This document shows, in pieces, positions 51,416-64,000 of a stretch of DNA of 64,000 nt. The notes beneath the pieces were generated by a model. The model ran no database searches. It was not told where the DNA came from and was given only the letters and a program-made list of their open reading frames with translations. The translations under genes and the position numbers were made by a program. Positions within the stretch are counted from its first letter, which is position 1. Every line of letters begins with the position of its first letter. The DNA is from Somniosus microcephalus (taxonomy: Eukaryota), in contig CM126207.1 of assembly GCA_052327205.1 (NCBI GenBank), forward strand, positions 67,022,001-67,086,000. The letters are read 5' to 3'.

Positions 51416-54400
51416 TGTAATGATATCAGCAAATAGTGATGGTGTTTGCCTGTTTGATTATGATGCCTTACCAGCATGTTTGCATGTATTGATTACTTAT
51501 GCCTGACCAGCAGAGGTCATGTGAGAGACAAGCAGTTTAGTTTAGTTTCAGTTTTGTTCTAGATGGATCACTAGCATGATGTCTCCGGTAAAGCTGTTAA
51601 AAAGAGTTGAACAGACTTTAGATTAAAACTCATTCTCTTTCATGAATGTGTCGTCATTGAACCCACAAAGAAATCAATACATGGTGTCAGAAGTGATTGA
51701 AAGAGATGAAGAGGAAAAATCTGAAGTTAAATCAACTCTCCACTGATTAGCAAGCCAAAAGAGAACATCGTTACTTACCATTAGAGAATAGCTAACGAAG
51801 TGAAAAATGGAAGGTTTACTCCCACCGGCGAAGCTTCAGTTGACAGGTAATGTGGCTGAAAATTGGAGGAGATTCAAACAACGTTTGGAATTGTATTTAG
51901 CGGCAATCGGAGCTGACGAGAAAGGTAATAAAAAGAAATCGTCACTGTTCTTACATGTCGTGGGTGATGAAGCGCTGGAGGTGTATAATAACTTCACATT
52001 CGCTGCTGATGGAGACAAAATGAAGCTAGATAGAATAATGGAACAGTTTGAGGCCTACTGCATACCTAAAAGTAACATGACGTTTGAGAGGCACAGATTT
52101 TTCACATGTGTACAGAAAACGGGTGAGACTATTGATCAGTATGTGACTGAACTGAGAAACAGAAGCAAATCATGTGAATTTGGGGGACTGACAGACTCGC
52201 TGATAAAAGACAGACTGGTGTGTGGTATTCCGGATAATGGTCTAAGGGAAAGACTGCTAAGAGAGCAAGATCTAGACCTGGGAAAAGCCATAGCACTGTG
52301 TAGGGCTACAGAGACTGTGAAGTTGCAGGCAAAGGAGCTGTTCAGTGACAATAGCTGCAACGTGGATGCAGTGAGAATGAACGGACATAAACCGTTTAAC
52401 AAAAAGAGCGCCAATGTGAAAAAAGAGGCGTGGCCAGCGAACAAAAATTAAAGGGACAATCGAAAGACATGTAGTCGATGCGGTACACAGCATCCACCAA
52501 AAAAGTGTCCAGCATATGGTAAAACATGCAATAGTTGCAACAAAAACAACCATTATGCCCATTGCTGCAAGAACCAAGTGCAACAAAGCAAGGTCCATGT
52601 AGTAGATGAAAGCGACATAGAGGAGTTCTATGTAGAGGTTGTGTCTGAAAACAAAAAAGAAGCAAGAGACTGGATGTTGACACTAAAAGTGAATGACATA
52701 CACATTCCATTTAAATTGGATACTGGAGCATAAGTTAATGTGATATCAGAGACTGATTTTAAGAAAATTAGACCCAGACCAAAGATACATGGAATCAAAG
52801 TGAAAGTGACAGGATACTCAGGTACTGAAATACCAGTGAAAGGAAGATGCATTGTCAAAGTGACACACAAGGACAGAGAGCACACGTTAGCATTAATCGT
52901 GGTGCCAGAGGAGGTGCAAGCCATACTAGGTTTAAAAGCCTGTGAGAGACTGAACCTGGTAAAGAGAGTCCTCGTTGTGGAAAGCGAAGGAGAGACAGTC
53001 TATGATGAACTCATGAAAGAGTACAAAGACCTATTTAAGGGTCTAGGCTGCATTCCAGGAAAACACACGATCAGAGTAGATAAAAGTATGCCAACGGTCA
53101 TACATCCATGCAGAAAAGTTCCGTTTGCTCTTCAAAAGCAACTGAAGGCAGAGTTGGACAGGATGGAAAGCCTGAACGTGATTCGGAAGATAGATGAGCC
53201 AACTGAATGGGTGAGTTCCCTCGTCGTAGTAGACAAAAAGAATGGAAAGCTCAGAATTTGCCTGGATCCAAGAGATCTAAACAGAGCAATAAAGAGAGAG
53301 CACTTCAAGCTTCCTACACGTGAGGAAATCATGGCACAGTTTGCAAATGCAAAATATTTCAGCAAGTTAGATGCATCATCAGGATTTTGGCAGATGAAGC
53401 TGGACGAAGCAAGCTCAAGACTGTGCACGTTCAACAGTCCATTTGGCAGATACAGATTCCTAAGGTTACCATTTGGCATTGCCTCAGCTCCTGAAGTGTA
53501 TCACAAGACTATCCATATGATCTATGAGCACCTGGAGGGAGTTGATACATCAATGGATGACATCATAGTATGGGGAACCACGAGAACTGAGCATGACGAG
53601 AGACTGAAAGAAGTGCTGGAAGCAACAAGGAAAACAAACCTGAAGCTGAATAGAGAGAAATGCCAGCTCGGGGTGACAGAACTGACATTCATGGGAGATA
53701 TCCTTAGCAGTGAGGGCATCAGACCAGATCCCAGAAAGGTGTCCACCATTGAGAATATGCCAAAGCCACAATGCAAAAAGGATGTGCAGAGGTTTAATGG
53801 AATGATCAACTACATGGGGAAATTCATATCCAACCTCTCAGAAAAGATGGCACCACTGAGAAGACTAACTGAAAAGAACATAGAATGGGAATGGAATCAT
53901 GAGCATGAGAAGTCATGGAGCGATCTAAAGAAACTGGTCACAGAGGAACCAGTTCTGAGGTTTTATGACCCAGCGAGACCCATCAAGATATCATCAGATG
54001 CATCACAGAGTGGGCTCGGTGCCGTTCTTCTGCAAAAATATGACTACTGGCAACCTACTGCATATGCATCACGCTCAATGACAGACGCGGAGACGCGATA
54101 TGCTCAAATAGAAAAGGAGCTGCTCAGCATCACATACGCCTGTGAAAGATTTCACCAGTTTGTGGCAGGACAAGCAATCAGTGTAGAGACTGACCATAAG
54201 CCCTTGATTGCATTGTTCCAAAAGCCACTAAATAGCTGTCCGCTTAGAATACAAAGAATGATGATCAGGCTGCAACGCTATACACTGAATGTTGCGTACA
54301 CACCGGGTAAGCTGATGTATACAGCAGACACGTTGTCCAGAGCTGTTGACCCAAGTGAACCCGCAAACACCACAATGGATGAAAAAGTGAACGCCTACGT

Positions 54401-56181
54401 GGACATGATCACAAGTGCACTGCCCATAGCAGATGCAAAAATGGAGCTCATAAAGACTGAGACGAACAAAGATGAAACAATGAGACGACTGAGAAAAAGC
54501 ATCTTGGATGGATGGCTCAACATGAAGCAAGACTGCTCACCTGACATGGCAGAGTACTGGAACTGCAGGGCGGAACTATCAGTGGTCGAAGACATCATCT
54601 ACAAAGGAGGTAAAATAGTTATCCCAAAGAGTCTGAGAAGAGAGATGCTAAAAAGGATCCATGGAGGACATCTGGGAATCGAAAAGTGTAAGAAAAGAGC
54701 ACGACAGGTGATGTACTGGCCACGAATCAACCAAGATGTGACAAATGAGGTGTCAAACTGCACAATATGCCTGAAATATCGAGCAAGCAATCCGGTAGAA
54801 CCACTAAAGCCACACCCAGCACCAGACAGACCTTACCAGAAGGTAGGCGCTGACCTATTCGTATGTCAAGGGAAGGACTATCTTGTAGTCACAGACTATT
54901 ACTCCCTGTATCCAGAGGTTTGTAGACTGTACACCACCACTGCAGATGCTGTGATAAGATGTATGAAAGCCATATTCTCCAGACGTGGCATGGCAAGCGA
55001 GGTCTTCACAGACAACGGACCTCAGTTTTACAATGCAAGTTTCCGACACTTTGCCAAAAAGTGGGACTTTGTCCACACAACGTCAAGTCCTCACTTTCCA
55101 CAGTCCAATGGACTAGTGGAAAAATCGGTCCAGACAGTGAAAAGACATGTACAAGGCAAAAGACAGTGGAACTGACTTCTACCAGAGCATGCTTGTATAC
55201 CGCACAACGCCGCTCGAGTGTGGTATGTCACCAGCCCAACTTCTGATGGGACGTCTGCTAAGGTCAAACCTACCCATCCCGGAGAACCTCCTGAAAACAA
55301 AAGAGGGGGAGAAAGTGAGGAAGTTCAAAGAGCAACAAAAAGAAAAGCAAAAGTACTACTATGACAGAGGAACACAAAACCTACCTGAACTCCACACTGG
55401 TGACCAAGTAAGGTTCAAAGACAAAACAAACATATGGACTCAGAAAGGAACTGTCCTGAGTGAAGTTCAACCAAGATCATACACCATTCAGACAGATGAG
55501 GGTGCTGTTCTGAGAAGAAATCGTCGAGATCTTCTCATGGGACCAGCCACAGCAGGTCAAGAGACTGATACTGTTGAACAACCTGATCACACAGCTGAGA
55601 ACCAATCATCTGAGGCAACAACTCAGATTCAAGGACAATCAATCAGAAAATCCTCAAGACACGTGAAGCCTCCTGAGAGACTCATTGAGCAAATTTAAGG
55701 ACTATTGTTATAGAAGGAAGTAATGTTATCTTATTCTTTCTTCAAGTTCTAGTGTATTGACATATTTCATGTGAACACACAAAGCAAGGTTAAAAAACCT
55801 TGATCATGATAATGATAATGTAAGTTCATTAAGTGTTACAGTTAAAATGCAGATTAATACAAAGAAAACATGTTGTTAGTTAAAAGTAAAATACTTTTGT
55901 TTTAAGAAAAGGAGATGTAATGATATCAGCAAATAGTGATGGTGTTTGCCTGTTTGATTATGATGCCTTACCAGCATGTTTGCATGTATTGATTACTTAT
56001 GCCTGACCAGCAGAGGTCATGTGAGAGACAAGCAGTTTAGTTTAGTTTCAGTTTCGTTCTAGATGGATCACTAGCATGATGTCTCCTGTAAAGCTGTTAA
56101 AAAGAGTTGAACAGACTTTAGATTAAAACTCATTCTCTTTCATGAATGTGTCATCATTGAACCCACAAAGAAATCAATACA
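51416..56181 (+). mobile_element. Full-length Ty3/Gypsy LTR retrotransposon, Mag-like
   Basis: 266-bp TG...CA LTRs (51416-51681, 55916-56181) with 3 differences, 5-bp TSD GAGAT, PBS TGGTGTCAGAAGTG (tRNA-Leu type) and PPT AAGAAAAGGAGA. Confidence 0.96.
51807..55698 (+). pseudogene. Gypsy gag-pol (two Zn knuckles, protease LDTGA, RT SMDD, RNase H, integrase)
   Basis: A single frame with in-frame TAA at 52449 and 52731 and a frameshift near 55145. Confidence 0.92.
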
Positions 56182-56239
56182 GAGATCACACACGAGTTCT
56201 GCTGCAGAGGACTCCGCTCAGGACTTTGATAGGCCAGGC

Positions 56240-56878
56240 TACATTGGGGAAACCAAATGCAGATTGGGTGACTGCTTTGCGGAACACCTCCGTTCAGTCC
56301 ATAAGGATGACCCCGAGCTTCCGGTCGCCTGTCATTTTAATTCACCGCCCCATTCCCACTCAGACCTCACTGTACTCGGGCTCTTGCATTGTTCCATGGA
56401 AGCTCAGCGCAAGCTCGAGGAACAGCACCTCATCTTCCGATTAGGCACTTTACAGCCTTCCGGACTCAATATCGAGTTCAACAATTTCAGATCATAACCT
56501 CGGCCCCCATTACATTTTTACTTATTTTTTATCCACACCTTTGTTTTGGCCCTTCCCCCCCCCTTTTTTCTCCCACATGGCAGCTGTCTCCCATTCTGCC
56601 AGCGCATTTCACACCTAATCTAGAGCCGTCTTTTGTCTCCACTAGTCCTATCACCATCTTGTCTCGTTTTGAATGTCTCTTCACTTTTCTTTTGTTCTCT
56701 CCCAGCCCGGCCTTTTAATCTATTTCATTTCCTGTGCCTTTCCAGTCTTGACAAAGGGTTTGACCCAAAACGTTGACTCTTTTTTCTCTCCATGGATGTT
56801 GCCTGGCCTGCTGAGTTTTTCCAGCATTTTCTGTTGTTATTTTGGATTTCCAGCATCTGCAGTATTTTGTTATCGTAC
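56240..56878 (+). mobile_element. Penelope-like 3' fragment (related subfamily) with degenerate hammerhead motif
   Basis: Encodes YIGETKCRLGDCFAEHLRSV...GLNIEFNNFRS. The tail has AGTC-TTGACAAA-GGGT-TTG-ACCC-AAAA-CGTT-GACT at 56744-56778. Confidence 0.88.
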
Positions 56879-57194
56879 AGAAGAAGGCTGATGGGTGTAC
56901 TCAGCAAAATGCTTGGTACATTAGGAAGCCTGCCAGAAAGCCTGCCGGCTACCATCTGTTAAACACAGCTTTTTCTGCGGTTGTATGTCCATTATAGAAA
57001 TTCACGTATGGGAATGAGGACCAGATGTTACACTACGGTAGGCCTTGTATAGGAATTTCAATTCAAATCAGGCAGCAATGAGGAGGTTAGTGTGCTGATG
57101 CCAGCCTACAGATCGACACAATCAAATTAACTGTGACAGTAAAAATGAAAGCTAGGGTGAATCGTGCGGATTGCAGGCCACATGGGAGGCACTA

Positions 57195-57841
57195 AGTAGA
57201 GACCAAAGACTTCAAAGAGGGAATGAATAGAGGCCAGGGATTTTTCTCCAGAAAAGGAGGGGAACTTGGAGAATGAGTCTGCCTGAACAAGCCTCTCTCA
57301 GTCAACCCTCTCAGCCAGGGACTGGTATTTAGAATAGCGAGGTAATGATGAAGGAGAAATTAGAAAATAACTTGCAAGAAAATAAAATAGAAAGCTCTGG
57401 ACTGTGGTTTCAAAACTGTTATTTGAAAGACATGCATGGATGTTTTGAGTTGAAAAGATCTTCCAGTAATCAAAGAGTTATTAATAGAATGTCACATTTT
57501 ATCAGCAGCAAAAAATAAAGCTGGACAGTTTGGAATTATATAGTCAAAAGGCAACCCAAACCATTTCTTTTTATGATCCAGTTGGAATTGGAGTATGGCC
57601 AGGAATAAAGCAAAACAACTCACTGCAGGTTCTGTAAAAATAAAAAGGAAAAGTGAAAGCAGGCCTGTCCTGAAAACGTCTAGCCACCCACCCCTCAATG
57701 ACTGCTCATTACCCTCCCGCAGTCCTTTGCTTGCTACTGTTGTCGCCCGGGGGTAGGAGGCAGTTGTGAGCCTGGTGGTTACTACTGCCCAGGTGTTAAT
57801 GGACTCTATTCATTCCCTCTTTGAAATCTTTGGTCTCTACT
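57195..57841. repeat. 42-bp inverted repeat (40/42 identical) with a 563-bp spacer
   Basis: 57195-57236 AGTAGAGACCAAAGACTTCAAAGAGGGAATGAATAGAGGCCA versus the reverse complement of 57800-57841. Confidence 0.9.
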
Positions 57842-58591
57842 GCCTTGTCCTTCTGATAAAAGGAGAATATGGCTCCCAAGAAAACCAAACTTTTGCAGTT
57901 TGGAACTGATTATCAGTCTGGCATCACTTCAGTGTCCTGATCATGCTTTTCCTCTATATTGCACTGTCACTCCCCATAGTTTTCCTGTAGTCCTTAATTG
58001 TGTTCATGTTTGTTTTCCTGAATACACCCATAAGTGAAAACACTCCAGGAAATGTATGGAAGCAATTAAATTGCTGTGGTATTTTGCTAAATAGTGAAGG
58101 AATCAAATAATTTCTTCTTTTCGTTGGCAAGGGGGAGCCTGCCTCTTTTAAAGACATTTTTCTTCATTACTCCTTGTCGGTATTGTGCATCATTTCCAGT
58201 CAAAATGGCAGCCAGAAGAGCCCACATCTCCATCAGTGTTGCTTGAAAACAAGCCACTAGGAGGTGCATGAGAGCTTGCTGGAATGACTTTTCTCTGCTA
58301 TTCCCTTCCTCTCTGTTGGAAAAAGTCTGAACAGCTGAGATCAGAAGCACAGCTTTGGTGGGAGGGTGGTGTAGAAATACAATCTGTCTTAAATATTAAT
58401 CAGCCCAAGATGCCATTTTACTAGTGCATGTAACTTAGATTCTGGAAACACAAGACAGTTATATTGGCCAAAATCTCATTGATTTGATTATGTCACTGTT
58501 TTATTTAATGTTGTAGGAATGTCTAATTCCTATCAAAAGACTGAGGTCGACTCAGGCGATCAATCAAAAGATGTTTAATGTAAAACTAACT

Positions 58592-59291
58592 GGCCTAGAA
58601 ATTGAGTGGGCTTTGCGCCCATTTTGCGGCGCTAGAGGTCATTGCGCTGGACTTACAGCCGGTTCAGAAATTCCCTGGGGCCCTACCATCGGCGGTAGAC
58701 CGGTTGCGCTGCGCCGGCACCGATGACGTCATCGGTGTGCGCAGCGTCCCGGTTGCCGTGGTGACGGGCCCCAGCGCCGAAATTGAGTTGCGGCCGCCTC
58801 GCCCGTGGCAGCCGCAACTAAGACTCTGGCAACCGAGTCTTACAGGAGTTTGCGCCGGCGCATTAAGGTCGCGTGGCGGCCGGCCGCTTTCCTGCCGGCC
58901 GCCTGCCCGCACCTCCCTCCCTGAACTCCTCCACCCCCCCCCCCGCGGAACAGATGCTTCTGGGCTGCGAGCCCGGCACTTCCCCGAGGTGCCGGGCTCA
59001 TTTTTGTGAAGATTTTACCGGCCAGCGGGCGGGTGCAGGCAGCTCCTCCTTAACTGAAGGAGGAGGCCTGCACTTCCCGAGCCTGCCGCACCGCATCGGG
59101 CGCCGCAGCGCCGGAATAGCGCCGCAATGCGGCAGGTAGCGCCCGTTTTCAGGCGCAAACACCCTTCAGTAGCGCCGGCAGCCATTTGGGCGCAGCGCTA
59201 CTGAATCTTTGGTGCGCGCAGGGGGACTTAGCGCCGGCGCTAACTTTCCAGCGCTAAAGCCCTGGTGCGGCGCCAACTGAATTTCTAGGCC
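58592..59291. mobile_element. Harbinger-type MITE (family B) inserted in the Gypsy 3' LTR
   Basis: Perfect 12-bp TIR GGCCTAGAAATT and 3-bp TSD ACT. It is absent from the sister LTR. Confidence 0.93.
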
Positions 59292-59563
59292 ACTGAGTTT
59301 AACAAACAAATGCACGAGAACTACGAAAACAGGTCTAGTCAGTTCGGAGGCTCCACGAGGACTGCTAGGGCGGTCCCGTGGATGGCGTCATGACATCATT
59401 GCGTTTTTCCCACCGTTGGAGGATCACGTGATTAACGGCATGACGTCATCGCGTTTGTCCGCGCTCTTAAAGGGACCGCGCTCTGTACATGCAAACAGTA
59501 TATACAAAGATACAGGTTCAGGCTGTAGCTGACAGATTGTTAAAGGGAATTATGTACAGTTGT

Positions 59564-62500
59564 TCAGAGTCCCTTAGTGGCTCTGCCACATGCGCCCCCC
59601 CCAGAATTGTCTTTAACGGAAAAAGTCAAACGGCGAGGAGGTCTGACAAGCCTGTCAGAGCGACTTCTGTACTCCTGAAGTGGAAGCTGCTGGATGGCGG
59701 GCGGGCTGTCAGGTGGTTGCGCTTGTCCTGACACGGCAACTGTGGGCAGTCGACCATGTCTTGGCGGCTGTGCGGTCTCGACAGGATGGTCAAGGTCCAA
59801 GTGTGCCGGTTTCAAACGGTCCACCGAAATGTGGTCCGGTTTACCCCCAATATCCACCGAGAAGCTTTTGTCTCCTGCCTCTAGCATGTGGAAAGGACCA
59901 GTGTAACGGGCCTTGAGCGGATCCCGATGAGCGTCGTGGCGGATGAACACATATTCGGCGTTCTTCAGCTTTGCTGGGCCGTGTGAGCTCTGAAAGCCGT
60001 GCTGCGACGTTGGTACTGGTGCGAAACACCTGGCTGCCTCCTGGTGGCTGATGAGTTGGTTGGATGCGGACCATGGCTCTGTTGGAGTCGGAAGGAAATC
60101 CCCTGGTACGCATAGCAGCTGGCCATAGACGAGCTCTGCCGAGGACGACTGAAGATCTTCCTTGGGTGCCATGCGAAGACCCAACAGGACCCATGGTAAC
60201 CTGTCCGCCCATCCAGCGCCTTGGAGGCTGGCCCTCAGTGTGGCTTTGAGCGACCTGTGAAATCGTTTGCATAGGCCGTTCGCCTGTGGATGGTAGGCTG
60301 TGGTGCGATGTAGCTTGATGCCGAGCCCCTGAGCCACTGCGTTCCAGAGCTCAGAGGAAAACTGCGGTCCACGACCAGAAGAGATGTCCACAGGTACCCT
60401 GAAACGGGCGACCCAAGAGGAGATGAACGCCCTGGCTACGTCTGCCGAAGTAGTGGATGACAAGGGAACTGCCTCTGGCCATCTAGTGGTGCGGTCTACC
60501 ATCGTTAGGATGTGTGTAAACCCATGGGAAGGTGGAAGTGGCCCCACCAGGTCCACATTCACCTGATCGAACCGTCGCTCCAGAACAGCGAAGGTGGCCA
60601 ATGGAGCTTTGATGTGATGCTGCACCTTGGCCTTTTGGCAGACCACGCAGGTGTTGGCCCAGTCACGGACATCCATATGCATGCCCCGCCAAACGAACTT
60701 GGACGACATCAGCCTTTGCGAGGCCTTCATTCCAGGGTGTGACAACCCGTGTATGGCATCAAACACTTTGCGGCGCCAGGCGACCGGCACGATAGGGCGA
60801 GGATCTCCTACGGAGACGTCACAAAGTAGCGTGGTGCCTGCGACATGGAATTTGACATTGGCCACTTGGAGGCTAGAGGGGCTAGTTCGGTAAGCCTGCA
60901 CCTCCAGATCCGAGGCTTGATCTGCGGCCATGAGGGCATAGTCGATGCCAAGCTGGACCGCATGAACGGTCGCGCGGGAGAGGCAATCTGCCACCAGGTT
61001 GTCTTTACCGGCCACGTGCTGAATATCTGTAGTGAATTCCGAGATAAACGTTAGCTGACGTTGTTGTCGGGCTGACCACGGTTCGGCGGTCTTGGCCATA
61101 GCGAAAGTTAGTGGCTTATGGTCCACAAAAGCAGTGAAAGGACGTCCTTCCAACAAAAAACGGAAATGGCGGATGGCCAGAAAAAGAGCCAGCAACTCCC
61201 GGTCGAAGGTACTGTACGCTCGCTCGTTCCGCCGTAGTTGACGGCTGAAAAACGCCAGCGGTTGCCACATTCCGTTCACCCACTGTTCCTGTACTGCGCC
61301 GATGGCGTAGTCTGACGCGTCGGTGGTGAGGGCGATGGTGGCTCCTAGCAGCGGGTGCGCCAGCATGGTCGCGTTGCCCAAGGCGCTTTTGGTGTCAGCG
61401 AAAGCACGATCCATGTCGACCGTCCAGCTTACCGGATCCTTGCCAGACTTGCCCTTGAGGGCCTCGTATAGGGGTTGCATGAGCAGTGCTGCCTTAGGCA
61501 CAAAACGGTGGTAAAAGTTTACCATTCCGAGGAATTCTTGCAGGGCCTTAATATTCTGTGGGCGTGGAAAAGATGTTACTGCCTCCACCTTCGTTTGCAA
61601 AGGAACTGCTCCTTCCGAGGTGATGTGATGCCCCAGGAAATCAATTCGTTGCAGGCCGAACTGGCACTTGGCCGGGTTGATGATCAGGCCGTGTTGGCTG
61701 AGGCGCCGGAAAAGGGTGCGTAAATGACAGATGTGCTGCTCCTTGTTAGGGCTGGTGATGAGAATATCGTCCCAGTAGACGAATATGAACTGGAGGTCCC
61801 GAAGGACGGAGTCCATCAGGCGCTGGAAAGCCTGGGCAGCGTTCTTCAGTCCAAACGGCATCCGCAGAAATTCGAAAAGGCCGAATGGGGTGATGACTGC
61901 AGTCTTCCGGACGTCTTGCGGGTGCACCGGGACCTGGTGGTAGCCACGGACAAGGTCGACTTTGGAAAAAATGGTATTTCCTGCCAAATGGGCAGAGAAA
62001 TCCTGGATATGAGGGATCGGGTACCGATCAGGAGTAGTGGCGTCGTTTAGGCGTCGATAGTCGCCGCGTGGCCGCCATCCGCCGCCAGGCTTCGGGACAA
62101 TGTGGAGAGGCGAAGACCAGGGACTATTCGACCGGCGAATAATCCATTGTGGCGAACTCTGCTTTCGCGGCCGCGAGCTTGCCAGGTTCGAGGCGCCGGG
62201 CCCGTGCGTAGACCGGGGGGCCAGTAGTAGTGATGTGGTGTTCGACTCCATGTTTCGTGGCCATGGAGGAGAAGGTGGGTCTGGTCAGGTCTGGGAATTC
62301 GCCTAGCAGGCGAGTGAACTCATCCGAAGTCGGGAAAGCACACGAGACGGTGCGCGACATGGCGTTACCGCGGTGGCAAGGGATAGAGTGAAACGTGGCT
62401 GCATTGATTAACTGTCGGTTCCTTACATCGACCAGGTGACAGTTGGTGCACAAGAAATCCGCACCAAGGATGGCTTGAGAGACCTTGGCCGTAACAAAGT

Positions 62501-63410
62501 CCCAGTAAAACCGCTGGCCGCCGAAGCACACCTGGACCCGCCGTCTGCCGAAGGTCCGAATAGCCCCGCCATTAGCTGCCTCGAGGGAGAGGCCATGCCT
62601 CCCAGCCTGTACATCCAGAGCTGACGCGGGTAGGATGCTACACTGTGCCCCGGAGTCGCATAGGAATCGCCGACCGGAGAGGGAGTCGGTGATAAACAGG
62701 AGTTTGCCTGAATTTCCGATTGCCATCGCAGCTGCGGGGCACCCGTTAGACCCGTTCCTCTTTTGGCAGAGTTGCTGTTGTTTTTTTGTTTTGGGCGAGA
62801 AGCTGCAGGGAGGGCGGCAACAGCTTGCTTTCGCGCCAAAACGGGCGTGGTAGCAGCACAGCCCCGCGGGTTGAGGAGCCGGGGCGGCATCTGCGGGGGA
62901 TGGGCGCCTCGTGGCAGTGCAGTACTGCTGCGTCACTGCGAAAATCTTGTCCGCTTTGGCAGCAAGCGCTGCGCAGTCTGTGACTTCGGACCTAGCCAGG
63001 GCAACTTGTACTTGCTCCGGTAACTGACTGAGGAATAGCTCCCTAAAGAGGAAGCATTCCGGTTCAGAGCCAAGGAGCGTGAGCATTTGGCTCATGAGCT
63101 CAGACAGCTTGGAGTCCCCGAGGCCGGGCATAGCGAGCAGTCGGCGGGCGCATTCCGACTTCGTGAGCCCGAAGACCTGTAACAACCGCGCCTTGAGTGT
63201 TTCATACTTGCGGTTGTCCGGGGGGTTCTCAAGCAGGCTGATGATCCGCGAGGCGGTGGAGCTACCAAGTGCAGAGACCACGTAGAAGTAACGGGTCTGA
63301 TCCGCAACGATGTTCCGTAGTGCAAACTGGGCTTCAACCTGGATGAATCACGAGGTCGCTTGTTGCTCCCAGAATTGCGGTAGCTGCAATGTAACGGCGT
63401 TTGTTTCCAT
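59564..63410 (-). pseudogene. Gypsy gag-pol (gag, protease LCDSGA, RT YWDD, RNase H, integrase)
   Basis: Starts METNAVTLQLPQFW at 63410. There is a stop near 63349 and a small deletion/frameshift near 62145. ORFs span 62124-63281 and 59564-62251. Confidence 0.9.
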
Positions 63411-64000
63411 GCTTCGTTCCTTCTGCGAAAACCGTTCGCAAAAGTCGGGGTCACCAATGTAGGAATGTCTAATTCCTATCAAAGGACTGAGGTCGACTCA
63501 GGCGATCAATCAAAAGATGTTTAATGTAAAACTAATTGAGTTTAACAAACAAATGCACGAGAACTACGAAAACAGGTCTAGTCAGTTCGGAGGCTCCACG
63601 AGGACTGCTAGGGCGGTCCCGTGGATGGCATCATGACGTCATCACGTTTTTCCCGCCGTTGGAGGATCACTTGATTAACGGCATGACGTCATCGCGTTTG
63701 CCCGCGCTCTTAAAGGGGCCACGCTCTGTACATGCAAACAGTATATACAAAGATACAGGTTCAGGCTGTGGCTGACAGATTGTTAAAGGGAATTATGTAC
63801 AGTTGTTCAGAGTCCCTTAGTGGCTCTGCCACAATGTGTGCAATACATTCTTTGAGCATATATGTACATTTATCCTGAAAAACACAGGAATCAGTGAACT
63901 GGATGGTGCAGTGGGTTAGTATGTTATTCTTTCAGCTATAAAATCTTGATTGTAGTTTTTGGAAATCAGGACCTTCCAGGGGCATAATTCTTTGCCATAA

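Larger units (their letters stand above)
58512..63833 (-). mobile_element. Full-length Ty3/Gypsy LTR retrotransposon, CsRN1-like
   Basis: 376-bp LTRs (63458-63833; 58512-59590 including the MITE), 4-bp TSD ATGT, PBS TGGTGACCCCGAC (tRNA-Trp type), G-rich PPT next to 59590 and a CHCC gag motif CCYHARFGAKASCCRPPC. Confidence 0.95.

Noticed and set aside
52449-52451. Programmed stop-codon readthrough between gag and pol
   Set aside because: The TAA falls before the gag Zn knuckles, and a second TAA interrupts the protease motif (DTGA*VN). Both are best explained as point mutations, probably CAA>TAA.
57492-57631. Possible terminal coding exon on the minus strand after a strong acceptor
   Set aside because: I do not recognise the peptide and found no partner exons. 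It is noted only as part of the inverted-repeat finding.

Overview
Eukaryotic vertebrate DNA, most likely a shark or other elasmobranch, judging from the HE1/V-SINE, Deu-type SINEs and the CR1/L2/Penelope families. No prokaryotic features are present. There are two host genes, arranged tail-to-tail as in mammals. KCNAB1 (Kv-beta1, + strand) contributes its last six coding exons (5907-27597), and its final intron is GC-AG. SSR3/TRAP-gamma (- strand, 45509-35798, 184 aa) is complete with five exons, and its last intron is a U12-type minor-spliceosome intron. The rest is mostly transposable elements: three Penelope-like (RT+GIY-YIG) copies, short TSD-flanked Penelope-tail insertions with minimal hammerhead-ribozyme motifs, two full-length Gypsy elements (Mag-like and CsRN1-like), a CR1 with an uninterrupted 916-aa ORF2, L2/RTE/Tx1 fragments, an internally deleted Harbinger and many Harbinger MITEs. 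Three minisatellites (26, 36 and 28 bp units) each sit in or against a retroelement. I found no convincing wholly new biological system. The best leads are the ribozyme-bearing mini-elements in KCNAB1 introns, the two non-standard introns, the CRE- and splice-site-carrying MITEs and an unexplained 42-bp inverted repeat. All coordinates and alignments were read by eye, and family names come from recalled motifs, not database searches.
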